The notes under the pieces: generated by a model
What the model was told of the DNA's origin: nothing
The model's input: only the letters and a program-made list of their open reading frames with translations
The model's database searches: none
Assembly (NCBI GenBank): GCA_963727625.1
Contig: CAVSHR010000012.1
Span: 64,001 to 128,000, forward strand
DNA from: an uncultured delta proteobacterium
GTDB lineage: Bacteria > Desulfobacterota > Binatia > UBA9968
Length of the DNA stretch: 64,000 nt
Direction: 5' to 3'
Shown: positions 32,383 through 43,666 of the stretch, one piece after another
Numbering within the stretch: position 1 is the first letter of the stretch
Layout: each line of letters starts with the position of its first letter
Made by a program: the position numbers and the translations under genes

Positions 32383-33382
32383 GCGCCGCGCTCCGTCAGC
32401 AGATTGATGATCAGCCGCACCATCAAATCCTTGTTAGCTGGAGCGCTTTCGGCGATGAGCAACGCAAGCGCCGTCAGCGCCGACGGGTTCAATGAATGCG
32501 CGATATGCTCTTGCCGCAGGTACAGCATGAACAGAAACGAGCCGATGCGCTTGTTGCCGTCAGAAAACGGATGATCCTTGATGACCAGATAGAGCAAGTT
32601 GGCGGCTTTCTCTTCGCACGAACGGTACAGGCCCGCGCCGAACATGGTCTGTTCGATGCTGCCGAGAATACCTTCCAACGCCCCGCCACGCGGGTTTCCA
32701 AACAACGGCGTGGCTTCCTGGCGCGCCATCAGTTCGCGCTTGAATTCAGCAATCGCCGCGCTGGCTCGGGTGAAATCCAGCACGCCCGACGACTGGCCGG
32801 GCACCCGGCGGCAACCCCAGCCGATCCTCGTCATACTCAAGCAAGCAGCCGCCAGGTGTCGGCGTAGCCAGTGATCAATTCCAGGACTGCGCGGCCGGTG
32901 TCATCCACCAGCGCCTGGTTTTGCAGAGTGCGCGCTAGAAGATCAAGCGTCTGCCGCGCTTCCAGCAGGCCGCGCTCAGCTAGGCGGGTTTGGTTGAAGC
33001 TGTAACCCCGGACCAAATGCTCGCGCAATACACGCGTGGCCCATTGGCGGAAGCGTACGCCCCGGCGAGAGTTAACCCTGTATCCGACGGAAATGATCGC
33101 GTCTAAATTGTAGTGTTTGAGGCTGCGCCGCACCTGCCGCTTGCCCTCAGTTTGAACTACTAAGAAATCCTTAGCAGTTGCCGCCTCCTCCAATTCACCG
33201 TCATCAAAGACATTTCTCAGGTGCATGAGCACATTTTCAGGGGTAGTGTCGAACAAGTCCGCCACTTGTCGCTGCGTCAGCCAGACCGTCTCCTGCTCCA
33301 GACGAACGTCTACCCGAACCTGACCGTCTGGCGCTTCATACAGTAAAACTTCGCCGCCAGGTGCTTCGGTCGGAGTGCTCAT
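32379..33382 (-). pseudogene. RhuM-family / Fic-Doc fusion gene with two frameshifts
   Basis: RhuM motifs (ETVWLTQ, YNLDAIISVGYRVNS) and Fic/Doc HPFSDGNKR; the linker LEYDEDRLGLPPGARP lies in a third frame near 32795-32850. Confidence 0.8.
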
Positions 33383-33415
33383 GACAGTAGTCCCAATTTA
33401 TGTTCGGGCCAGACT

Positions 33416-33522
33416 CCTTCGGTTTGAACCGGTGCAATTTTTGCACTTACTGCCCCCGGATCACAATCGCCATCCTTGAAGGCGTTGCGAATATACTTGG
33501 AAAACACCGGCTCTGAGCGTAC
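33416..33522 (-). pseudogene. Internal fragment of a second rhuM allele
   Basis: VFSKYIRNAFKDGDCDPGAVSAKIAPVQTEG aligns with NVLMHLRNVFDDGELEEAATAKDFLVVQTEG of the adjacent RhuM. Confidence 0.6.
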
Positions 33523-33714
33523 GTCGGGATTGAGACAGACAAGCGACTGCCGCAAGCGGACTCCGAGTACCACATCGCGATAGTTCAGATCACTCCGCTC
33601 GGCGCCGAGCATACCCGACGCGATGTCGGGGCCGTGCAGCACCGCGGAGCCCAGCGCTTCGAGCCAGGCGAGAGCAGCGTCTTCGACGCCGGATTCTGTG
33701 AAGACTGTTGTCAC
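33523..33714 (-). pseudogene. Diverged extra copy of the hsdR 5' end
   Basis: [18 protein letters not shown]...[15 protein letters not shown]...LNPD vs Hsd[19 protein letters not shown]...[15 protein letters not shown]...LNPD; GTGA overlap with the DUF3644 stop. Confidence 0.88.
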
Positions 33715-34781
33715 GATGTAGCCTTTTTCAAGCAGCGCTTTGCCCAAATGTCATCCACGCTGTCCTTTGTAAATGCTGTTTTGAATTCATCCAAAGCCTT
33801 TTGCGAATAGCGTTTATATAGTTGGCTGCCTATTTTGAATTCCTTATAGCATTCAGGCTTATTTCGAAGCCCAAGATAATCGACGACCGCAATGGCCTTG
33901 GGAATCGATGTTCCAAACTTATCCGCAAGTTGTTTTGCGCCGAGATTGTAAAAATCGAGTTCGTTGACGCGCTTTGCGGCAACGACAGATGCGCCTGGAG
34001 TTCCTTCAGCGACAAGTTGAATGGGGATACCTTCCTTTTTTGATAGACGAAGCGATAGGGTTGCGCCGGCTCCGTCCGCCGCGATCTCAACCGCTGATGC
34101 GCCTTTAAACGCATCGACCCATGTCTTTCCACCCAGAATATCCTTACTCCTCCGTCTTAAGTCCGCGTCGCTCGGCTGTCCTTTTTCGCCTTGGATCGTC
34201 GAGTCTAGTATTGCAAGCGGGCGCAGTCTTGCTAGGGCCTCAATCTGACGACGCTTCCCTGGACGCAGTAGCTTCTTAATCTCTTCGACCTCCGACTCAA
34301 AAAGCGTCGCCAAACTTGTCGGAGGCGAGGTCGAGACTGGCAGCACGCGGGTTGGCAGGTGGCTAACGAGGTCTTCATTGAAGACCTTCTTCAAAAGATC
34401 ACGAAAAAGTGTGACACCCGATTGTATGTGGACATAGAGTTGGCCTTCCGAGATATCAAGAAGGTGATGTTGCGCTGCGTCCCGCAAGCCGTTGATGGTC
34501 TGCAGGACTAGCGCCTGTTCTTCACTGAGAAACTTGATCCTCCCGTCGCTCAAGGCGCGACGTACGCACGCATCAAATCCGATTGTTTCCTTGGCGCGCT
34601 TCTCGCGTATCCGTCCACCTCGATGTAGCAGCGCTGCCTTAAGTAGCATTTCAAAAGCATGATCGAGCTGGATAAGGGTACTACTGACCCGACCACGGTC
34701 GTTCGGTCGATTGAAGAGTTCGATACTAAGCACCAGCGAATCACATGCCTTCTCCAGCAGGAGCTTCGCTTCGCGCTTCAT
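33711..34781 (-). CDS. DUF3644-like protein, predicted HEPN RNase
   Basis: SIELFNRP...AFEMLLKA N-terminal helices and RDAAQH (Rx4H); coupled to the hsdS stop by TAATG. Confidence 0.72.
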   Translation of the reverse strand: MKREAKLLLEKACDSLVLSIELFNRPNDRGRVSSTLIQLDHAFEMLLKAALLHRGGRIREKRAKETIGFDACVRRALSDGRIKFLSEEQALVLQTINGLRDAAQHHLLDISEGQLYVHIQSGVTLFRDLLKKVFNEDLVSHLPTRVLPVSTSPPTSLATLFESEVEEIKKLLRPGKRRQIEALARLRPLAILDSTIQGEKGQPSDADLRRRSKDILGGKTWVDAFKGASAVEIAADGAGATLSLRLSKKEGIPIQLVAEGTPGASVVAAKRVNELDFYNLGAKQLADKFGTSIPKAIAVVDYLGLRNKPECYKEFKIGSQLYKRYSQKALDEFKTAFTKDSVDDIWAKRCLKKATS

Positions 34782-36060
34782 TAGGCAACGCTCTCCACAA
34801 TCCGCTCGGCGGCATTTAAACGCAGCTCGCCAGAGATGAGTTTAGGCAGCAACGCGTCGCGCAGTGCCGCGACGGTGCGGTTTTCTCGAATTTTATTCAG
34901 AATAGAAGTGAATTGCGGATGTACTGCTTCGTTGAAACCGTCCACGATTGCCGCAAGCGGTTTAACGAATTGTGCCGCCTTGATTCCAGCCGCGCTTACA
35001 TTCGGTTGTGCACTTCCTTCAGCCCTCGACACAATCTGATCTAAGATGTCGTCGTTCAGAAGCAAACAAAACACAAACCACGGACGGCTCAATTTTGAAC
35101 GAGGGACAAAGCGAGCGACACGTTGATTAAGGACCGCTCGGAGCCTTCGATTCACAAGCAGGCCAAATTTTGCGACGTTGGCACCAGTCATCGCCATTAG
35201 TAAATCACCATCGGTAAGGTGAAGTCCTGAAATTGTGATGCCAACTCGGCCGGCACGTATTCAACATCATAAACGTCAACCGTGCGATCCTCTTTGATGT
35301 TCTTGATCTTCACGACCGGGAAACCGCAATCAACGAAGTCTTTACTCTTGAAAGCAAACCCGCCTTGAACTTCAGTAACCTCCCCAACTGTCCCGACAGC
35401 CCACCCCTTGGGAATCTCCCCCAGTTCCGAGTCCTCGAAGGCATCCGGGAAAAGGTCGGCGAGGGGTTTGGGGAGGCCGGGGTCGCGGCGTTCGGCTTTA
35501 GCGCGGGTGGGGTCAAAGTCCACGAACCACGATTTGAAGAGCGCCCGCGCCATCGCCTCCAGCGTTTCGTTCATTCGCCGGTTCAGTTCGATTTTGTCGT
35601 CCAGTGTACCGAGTATATGGGCGATGGCGCGTTGTTCCTGCTCCGGGAGCGGTGGCCACCAAATCCCTGCGAGCTGCTCACTGGACACATTGGGAAAGGT
35701 CGAGCCTGTGGCCTGTGCGAGGAGATCGGGGAGGTTGTACTCGATGACTGCTCGAACGAAGGGCTGAAGATCAGGCTTCGTCTTATGTCGGATCGCCGCC
35801 ACTCCGCGCCCGATCGCGTACTCGCGATCGGCCCAGTTCATCCGGCCCGTCGTTGACCCACGAACGCAAAACAGCACGTCGCCTGGGCGCGCTCGCTTAC
35901 GCGCGTCTGTTGTGAACTGCACAGGTGTCGGGTGATGTGGGCCGTACTCTGTTGGCCCATTCAGCAACGGCAGGCCGATGCTCGCCTCGTTACAAGTCTC
36001 TCCGGGCGGAGACTGACCCATCACGATATCGGCGAATGCACTGAGCGAGCTACCCGCCAT
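34781..36060 (-). pseudogene. hsdS: Type I R-M specificity subunit, frameshifted in the second TRD
   Basis: TRD1, conserved EQRAIAHILGTLDDKIELNRRMNETLE, ELGEIPKGW, C-terminal LRDALLPKLISGELR; frame change near 35215-35250. Confidence 0.88.
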
Positions 36061-36120
36061 ACCCAAGCTCCTTCAAGTTTGCGGCGATAGCGGCGTCAAG
36101 CTTCGCTGCTTCTTTCTGCT
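36050..36120 (-). repeat. hsdM 3'-tail copy C, upstream of hsdS
   Basis: Encodes [22 protein letters not shown]; contains AAGGAG and the hsdS ATG. Confidence 0.92.
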
Positions 36121-37245
36121 TCACGACTTCTTCGTCCTTACTCTATGCCTTGGTTTCGCCGACAACTCCGCTTCAATTTCCTCGACAGTCGGCAGGGCCG
36201 ATCGCAGTTCGCTTGGCAGCGCTCGCGTCAGTTCATAGATGGAGATCCCGATGGGCTTGTCGATGCCGGCGAAACTATATTCCGCCAGCAATCTGCCGTG
36301 CTCCTGGCAAAGGATCAGGCCGATGGTGGGCTGATCGTCGGGCCGCTTGAGGCGGTCGTTGACGACGTTGCAGTAGAAGTTGAGCTTGCCGGCGTACTCG
36401 GGTTTGAACTTCCCCTTCTTCAAATCGATGACGACGAAGGCGCGCAGGCGCAGATGATAGAAAAGCAGATCGATGTAGAAATCCTCGTCACCGACATCGA
36501 GCCGGTACTGCCGCCCCACGAAGGCGAACCCCTGGCCGAGCTCAAGCAGGAACGCTTCGAGATGGCGCATCAGCTGGGTCTCGAGCTCGCGCTCGTGGAA
36601 AGGTTCGCTCAAGGTGAGAAAGTCGAAGATGTAGGGATCTTTCAGCGCTTGCTGCGCGAGATCCGACTGCGGCGCGGGAAGAGTGGCCGCAAAATTGGAA
36701 ACCGTCTTGCCGTGCCGGACGTGAGCCTTGGCGCCGATCTGCAAGGCAAGGACGTTGCGGCTCCAACCGTTGGCGAGCGTCTGCTCCATGTACCAGTGGC
36801 GAGTGGAAATATCCTTGATCTTCTCGATCAGCATAACGTGGTGCGCCCAGGGAACTGTCCAGAACAAGCTTTCCCCCAAAAGTGCCACCGGCTGTGGCAC
36901 TTTTGGCGCGGAGCGAATTTGTGCCGCAGCCTGCGGCACAATTGCAGCCGGGGCGCGGTATTCCCGGTAGAAAGAAAGCATCCGTTTGATGTTTCGCTCG
37001 GAAAAGCCTTTAACCTCGGGCAGTTCATTGTGCAGAGCAAGTGCCAGACGGGGAATGACAGCCGCGCCCCAGCCTTCGCGCTGTTGACGACCATCAATGA
37101 TCCTGCCGATATCCCAGTACAGACGAACCAGCTCCGCGTTGACCGACAACACTGCCCGGGTCTGCGCCGCTTGGATGCGGCTCTTCACATCGGCGAGCAA
37201 CGCCGCAAAGTCGGAGCGAACGACGGCGGAGTTCTTACCCGCCAT
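36121..37245 (-). CDS. yhcG: YhcG / DUF1016 PD-(D/E)XK nuclease family protein
   Basis: [57 protein letters not shown]. Confidence 0.92.
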   Translation of the reverse strand: MAGKNSAVVRSDFAALLADVKSRIQAAQTRAVLSVNAELVRLYWDIGRIIDGRQQREGWGAAVIPRLALALHNELPEVKGFSERNIKRMLSFYREYRAPAAIVPQAAAQIRSAPKVPQPVALLGESLFWTVPWAHHVMLIEKIKDISTRHWYMEQTLANGWSRNVLALQIGAKAHVRHGKTVSNFAATLPAPQSDLAQQALKDPYIFDFLTLSEPFHERELETQLMRHLEAFLLELGQGFAFVGRQYRLDVGDEDFYIDLLFYHLRLRAFVVIDLKKGKFKPEYAGKLNFYCNVVNDRLKRPDDQPTIGLILCQEHGRLLAEYSFAGIDKPIGISIYELTRALPSELRSALPTVEEIEAELSAKPRHRVRTKKS

Positions 37246-37336
37246 ATCCCAGCTCTTTCAGGTTAGCGGCAATGGCAGCATCGAGTTTCGCGGCTTCTTT
37301 CTGCTGCTCACGCAGCGTCGCGGCGAGGCGCTTCAT
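37235..37336 (-). repeat. hsdM 3'-tail copy B, an intact 33-aa mini-ORF upstream of yhcG
   Basis: [33 protein letters not shown]; overlaps the yhcG ATG. Confidence 0.92.
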
Positions 37337-37365
37337 TTTTTTATTCCAATAGATCGTAGTTGGTT

Positions 37366-37995
37366 TCATTTCTTCTTCGGCCTGTAATCATTGGGATCAA
37401 GGCATTGATCGTAGGTTGCCCTGTCGATCTTGATCCACTCCGTGCCATTGATGCCACGGCGGTTCCCGGCAGTTGGGCTACTGGGAAAAGCGCAAGCTAC
37501 TTTGATCCACCGGGACTGTTCGACGGAAATAGCCCTGACTTCATCCGCCGCCTCCGAGAGATCCTGGTCCTGGCTAAAAACCAGCGCGACATCGTAAAGA
37601 TTCTCACGCGCCAGCCGTACCATATCTAGAGCGATCCTGATGTCGATGCCTTTCTCTTGGCCGACAAGGATTGTCGTGACGCTGCGATCCGGCAGTTGAA
37701 TCGTCTGGTTGCGGTAGCGCAGGGAACGGGAAAACGTATTAATTCCCCTTGTTCCCATGACAGCCAATTTTGCGGACCAAAAATGATTCCAGAAAGGGTT
37801 GTCCGTGGCGTCGGGTATTCCGCTGTAAAAAAACGTCTCTGCCAGGGTCCAGCCGCGAGCGGACGCAATGGATGCGGCTAGATTTTTGGGCTCGTAGTTA
37901 GGATAGGGATAGCCGAAGGCTTTTTTCGCGGCGTAGAAAAGGTTCTGTCCGTCAACGAACGCGTAAGTTCGTTTGACCGTGGGCTCAGGAGGCAT
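37366..37995 (-). CDS. NYN domain (PIN-like, LabA/DUF88) ribonuclease
   Basis: [24 protein letters not shown] acidic motifs; GGGGAGG RBS. Confidence 0.9.
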   Translation of the reverse strand: MPPEPTVKRTYAFVDGQNLFYAAKKAFGYPYPNYEPKNLAASIASARGWTLAETFFYSGIPDATDNPFWNHFWSAKLAVMGTRGINTFSRSLRYRNQTIQLPDRSVTTILVGQEKGIDIRIALDMVRLARENLYDVALVFSQDQDLSEAADEVRAISVEQSRWIKVACAFPSSPTAGNRRGINGTEWIKIDRATYDQCLDPNDYRPKKK

Positions 37996-38009
37996 ATTCG
38001 CCTCCCCAG

Positions 38010-38053
38010 AAAAACAAAACCCCGCTGGAGGCCTTGCGGCTGATCCAACGGGG
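38010..38053 (-). terminator. GC-rich GNRA-capped hairpin plus U-tract in the NYN gene leader
   Basis: Minus strand CCCCGTTGGA-TCA-GCC-GCAA-GGC-C-TCCAGCGGGG followed by TTTTGTTTTT. Confidence 0.75.
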
Positions 38054-38069
38054 GGAAAATACTGAATGT

Positions 38070-38098
38070 AATTTAGCCTGGGAGAGGGGGAGTGTCAA
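38070..38098 (-). promoter_or_regulatory. sigma70-type promoter of the NYN cassette
   Basis: TTGACA (38098-38093)-N17-TAAATT (38075-38070). Confidence 0.7.
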
Positions 38099-38159
38099 GT
38101 GTGCAAAGGATCGATATCTCCCATCGTGGTCGCTAAAGGCATCGGGCCGATAGCGCATC

Positions 38160-38222
38160 TCCCAGGGGATTTGTCCAACAAGCTTTTGAACAAATCCGCG
38201 CCTTCTGAACTTTGCAGCGCTC

Positions 38223-38233
<11 letters not shown>
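38160..38233 (-). pseudogene. Remnant of an earlier yhcG/DUF1016 allele
   Basis: ATG inside the hsdM tail gives [24 protein letters not shown], resembling the DUF1016 VQQLVGQIPW motif. Confidence 0.55.
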
Positions 38234-39794
<1,561 letters not shown>

Positions 39795-39900
39795 GTGATT
39801 TACATCGATTTATTTTACTCTAGCGGAAATGCTTCTTTCGCCTCACGTTATGACGAAATTTACGTGAGTTCATAGGCGGACTTTATTGATGTGTTTCCAC

Positions 39901-39940
39901 GTTCCCGCAATTTGCGTGTTCCGAGTTGGAGTCGGAACAC
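39901..39940 (+). repeat. Right copy of the 21-bp direct repeat plus hairpin
   Basis: GTTCCCGCAATTTGC then GTGTTCCGA-GTTGGAG-TCGGAACAC. Confidence 0.5.
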
Positions 39941-40291
39941 CGGCAGGGTGGAATTCGCCAATTCCCGGATCGCCGCTCGGAAGATTCTAGTCGAAACGGC
40001 TAAACGTGCCAAGACTTAAACAAGGCGGGAGTGGAAAAGCCGTGGGCGTGCTCGTGGGGGATGACGTACGTGGGCGGGGATGGATTGTTTTCGTTTAATC
40101 CATTTAAGTTGATTATTGAGGTTTGTAAAATATTGTGACGGATCGCAATGCTTTTTCCCCTATGAATGTCGGCCAAAAGCTAGTCACTATAATCTGCAAA
40201 CATCAATAATCGCTACGCTCCGTCCAAATCGTCTAAATCGGATAGGCAACGGAGAATGGAGAAAGGATGGAGGGGAACCCAGCCAGGCCTT

Positions 40292-42010
40292 CTAGTCGAT
40301 CGAGTCCATCGAGCGCTGCCGACTGAATCTACGCGAGATTACCGACAGCAGCGTCAATACGGCGATGAACACAACTGAGACCACGCCGAGCTCGCCCAGG
40401 CTCCCTTCTTGCCACAGCTGCCAAATGAAGATTGAAAAAATGATGCTCTTCGGGGTCCAGAGAATCGCCGCCATGGACATCACTTTGACCGAAAGGATCA
40501 AGACGTAAAGCCCGCCGCCGATGAGCGAGGGAAGCATGAGCGGCACAAGGATTTTGAAAAACTTCGACCCAAATCCGGCGCCGGAAACCTCCGCCGCCTC
40601 TTCGAGCTCCTTGTGCACTTGAAGCAGACCGGCGTGGGTGAAGCGCGTGCCGTAGGGCAGGTAGCGAACCACATAGGCCACAAACAAAATCCAAATCGTC
40701 CCGTAAATTGGATTGGGAAAACTGAGAAACAAGATCATGACCGCGACTCCCATGACGATCGATGGCATCGCGTAGGGAAGAAACGCCACGGTATCGAGAA
40801 CTTTGTGGCCGCGCGGGCGTTGTCGGATCACGATCCAGGAGATGGCCAGGGAGACCAGCATCACCACCACCGCCGTTCCGAGCGCCAGCAGGACCGTGTT
40901 CTGCGTCATCGGCCACAGATCGGTGCGGTCAAACGCCGTGCGGTAGTTTTCCAGGCTAAGCTTCGGTAATAGCTTCAGCGCCGGCGGACGATAAAAGCTC
41001 AAAAATGACGCCCATAAGAGAATCACGAACGGCAGCAGCACCGCGGTGATAAAATAGAAGAGAATGAAGCCAATCCCCGCGAGCCTCCATTTGCCGAGAT
41101 CGATCAGCCGCGGGCGAAACCCCTTGCCGGTGATGGTCGTATATCGCTCCGCGCGCGAGATATTTTTTTGATAGAGGAAAAGTCCTATCAAGGTAAACAA
41201 GACCAGGGCCATGCTATACGCAAATCCTAATCCATAGTCCGGCGGAAAATGTTCGCGCACCGCCAAATAAATGTTGGTGCTGAACACGATAAGACCGCTC
41301 GGCAGACCCATGAGCGCCGGGACCTCAAAGGCTTCCAAACCGCGAACAAATTGCAGGATCGCTACACCCGAGAGCGCCGGCACCATCAACCGCAGGGTCA
41401 CGGACCTCACCGTTTTGAATTGGCTTGCGCCGGCGGCGAGTGAGGCTTCCTCCAGGGACGGGTCCATGCGTCGCAGCACCCCGCCGAGTAGGAGAAAGGT
41501 AAGCGGCGCCATGCTGATCCCTTCGACCCAGGCCATTGAATAAATGTTGTAAGGATTGAACAGCGGCCCGCTCGCGCCGAGGTTCATCGCCAGGCTATTC
41601 AGGAGCCCGATGCGCGGACTGAGAAGCAAGATCCAGGCGATCCCCTTGAGCACGCTCGGCATGATCAAGGGAATCAGCATCAAGCTATAGGCGGTATTGC
41701 GCAGCGGAACATTGGTTCGCTCAACCAGAAATGCGATGGTGCCGCCGAAGACCGAGGCGACGAACATGGAACCTAAGGCAAAGGCGAAGCTATTCCAGAG
41801 CATGCCATAGGTGCGCGGATCGCCGTAGGCCCGGCTGAAGTTGTCCAGGGTCAGGCCCGACAACCCGAAGCCGATATCGCCGATGGAAATGGTGCGAAAA
41901 CTATTGAGCAGGAGAAGGAGCAGCGGAACCAGAATTAGCACCGCCAGCGGCGCCAATAACGCCCACAGGAACCAACGGGAGTCGGAAAAATGCCACGTCG
42001 CGGCCTTCAT
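40292..42010 (-). CDS. Fe3+/thiamine-family ABC transporter permease (two modules)
   Basis: Two EAA loops (MDPSLEEASLAAGA, VHKELEEAAEVSGA), many TMs; start uncertain. Confidence 0.9.
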   Translation of the reverse strand: MKAATWHFSDSRWFLWALLAPLAVLILVPLLLLLLNSFRTISIGDIGFGLSGLTLDNFSRAYGDPRTYGMLWNSFAFALGSMFVASVFGGTIAFLVERTNVPLRNTAYSLMLIPLIMPSVLKGIAWILLLSPRIGLLNSLAMNLGASGPLFNPYNIYSMAWVEGISMAPLTFLLLGGVLRRMDPSLEEASLAAGASQFKTVRSVTLRLMVPALSGVAILQFVRGLEAFEVPALMGLPSGLIVFSTNIYLAVREHFPPDYGLGFAYSMALVLFTLIGLFLYQKNISRAERYTTITGKGFRPRLIDLGKWRLAGIGFILFYFITAVLLPFVILLWASFLSFYRPPALKLLPKLSLENYRTAFDRTDLWPMTQNTVLLALGTAVVVMLVSLAISWIVIRQRPRGHKVLDTVAFLPYAMPSIVMGVAVMILFLSFPNPIYGTIWILFVAYVVRYLPYGTRFTHAGLLQVHKELEEAAEVSGAGFGSKFFKILVPLMLPSLIGGGLYVLILSVKVMSMAAILWTPKSIIFSIFIWQLWQEGSLGELGVVSVVFIAVLTLLSVISRRFSRQRSMDSID

Positions 42011-42076
42011 GAATGTACCGATGAATGATTGCAAGCGGTGCGGGAGGCCGCATACGGGCCTCCCGCCATGAGCTCG

Positions 42077-43183
42077 CTATTTGAACTTGATCAGCTTGTA
42101 GTAAAAGTTTGCCGATTTCTCGGTATCCGCCTTGGTCCAGGCTTCGGTCGGAATCCGGTGCAGCATGGACCGCGTAATGCCGTTTTTCTTGGCCACCTTG
42201 ACCGGCTTGGCATTGGCGGCCGTTGGATCGTAGGGGAATTTACCCAAGAGATTGGCGTAGATTTCTGAACCTTCCGACGTCGTGATCCAGTGCCCAAAAA
42301 GCTTGGCGGCATTGGGGTGCGGCGCGTTTTTTAAAATCCCAAACGCCCGGACCGAGCCGTACATCGGATCGAGCGGCACCAGCGCCAACGGTGCCCCCTT
42401 GTTGAGCATTTGATAAGCCCGGGAAAAAAGCCCGATGTGGAACAGGCCGAATTCGCCCGCGGCCAGCAGGCGAGTCGGCCCGGTGTAGCCGTCGACGATT
42501 CGCGGTGCGGTCGTCTTGACCAGGCGCCGGAAAAAGTCGAACGACTTGTCCCACGCCAATTTATTTCCTTGGCGCCAAAAATAAGCGTAGATAAACGGAA
42601 ACTCTTCCGAAGCGCTCGATAGCGCGCTCATGCCTTTATATTTAGCATTGATCAAGCCCTCCAACGATTTCGGCGCGTCCGCTTCTTTGAGGACGTCCGT
42701 ATTGTAGTACGCGGGGCGAGGGTCGATCGCCACGTTGGCCCATAGCCCGTCGGCCGGCTGGACATCGGTATGCCAAGCCTTGACGTTAGGCCAGTCATAT
42801 TTTGCCAATAGATCGGCTGCTTTGAGTCGATTGTACCAATCCTCGCTCATCGAGATGAAATCGGCGCTGAAACGGCCGGCTTTCGCTTCGGTAACCACAC
42901 GTTCGACAACTTCGTTGCTGTTGGCGTCCCAGAACTCGATGTTGCCCTTCATGAAGGGATATTTCGCCTCGAATTTTTTGACGATTTTCGGCGCCGTCTC
43001 GGCGTCGGTTCCCCAGTAGACCAGCTTGCCTTCTTTCTTCGCCGCATCGACAAGCGCCTGCGGCGGGTCACCGGCGAATAGCGACGACGGTGCAGGAACA
43101 CTCAACAGGATTGCAGCACAAGCGATCCCTAAGGTCGTACGCCGCAAATAATCCCGCATTTTTCGGTTATTCGAATGATACAT
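42077..43183 (-). CDS. ABC transporter extracellular solute-binding protein (AfuA/FbpA-like)
   Basis: AAKKEGKLVYW, NAPHPNAAKLF, signal peptide, AGGAGG RBS. Confidence 0.88.
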   Translation of the reverse strand: MYHSNNRKMRDYLRRTTLGIACAAILLSVPAPSSLFAGDPPQALVDAAKKEGKLVYWGTDAETAPKIVKKFEAKYPFMKGNIEFWDANSNEVVERVVTEAKAGRFSADFISMSEDWYNRLKAADLLAKYDWPNVKAWHTDVQPADGLWANVAIDPRPAYYNTDVLKEADAPKSLEGLINAKYKGMSALSSASEEFPFIYAYFWRQGNKLAWDKSFDFFRRLVKTTAPRIVDGYTGPTRLLAAGEFGLFHIGLFSRAYQMLNKGAPLALVPLDPMYGSVRAFGILKNAPHPNAAKLFGHWITTSEGSEIYANLLGKFPYDPTAANAKPVKVAKKNGITRSMLHRIPTEAWTKADTEKSANFYYKLIKFK

Positions 43184-43666
43184 TTTTACCTCCTAAGTTT
43201 TTAGCATTTCCCGTCTGAATATGGATGACTTCCGCAAAATCTTACGATGCATATCCCCTCAACGAGGACCGAAAGACAATTTTCTCACCTTGCCGCACCA
43301 GCGCTGCCAGCCGGAAAGTTTGACGAACTTACCGGTCGCGAACTAAACGAACTACAACCAAACAGATTTAGGTACAGCGGCGAATTTGGGATGGCTCCTC
43401 GTCCGGTCTGGAGTCAGTGTATAGATATGAAATCTCAAGGCAAGGCCTATTTTCGTAGAACGTCGAGGTCGTCGATGACCACGTCGATTCCAGCGATTTT
43501 TGTGTCCAGTCAAACTCGGTTAGTTATTTCCGGGTTTGGGATGGAACAACGAGGTTGCGCGGGTGGCCCCGATTGGTTACAGAAACTCCGCGTCAACAAC
43601 GTCCATTGAAATTTCTCGATCAACGAGATAATCGATGGGCAAAACTCGGTCCGAGGAGCGCGTCTC

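Noticed and set aside
33379-33747. 122-aa ORF as a genuine gene
   Set aside because: It is a chimera of an hsdR 5' fragment and a rhuM fragment, so it is annotated as remnants
39795-40291. Possible tRNA, integrase or att site at the right edge of the R-M island
   Set aside because: No cloverleaf, T-loop consensus or recombinase ORF was recognised
43247-43609. 120-aa ORF in the divergent intergenic region
   Set aside because: No RBS or motif and atypical composition; more likely regulatory DNA
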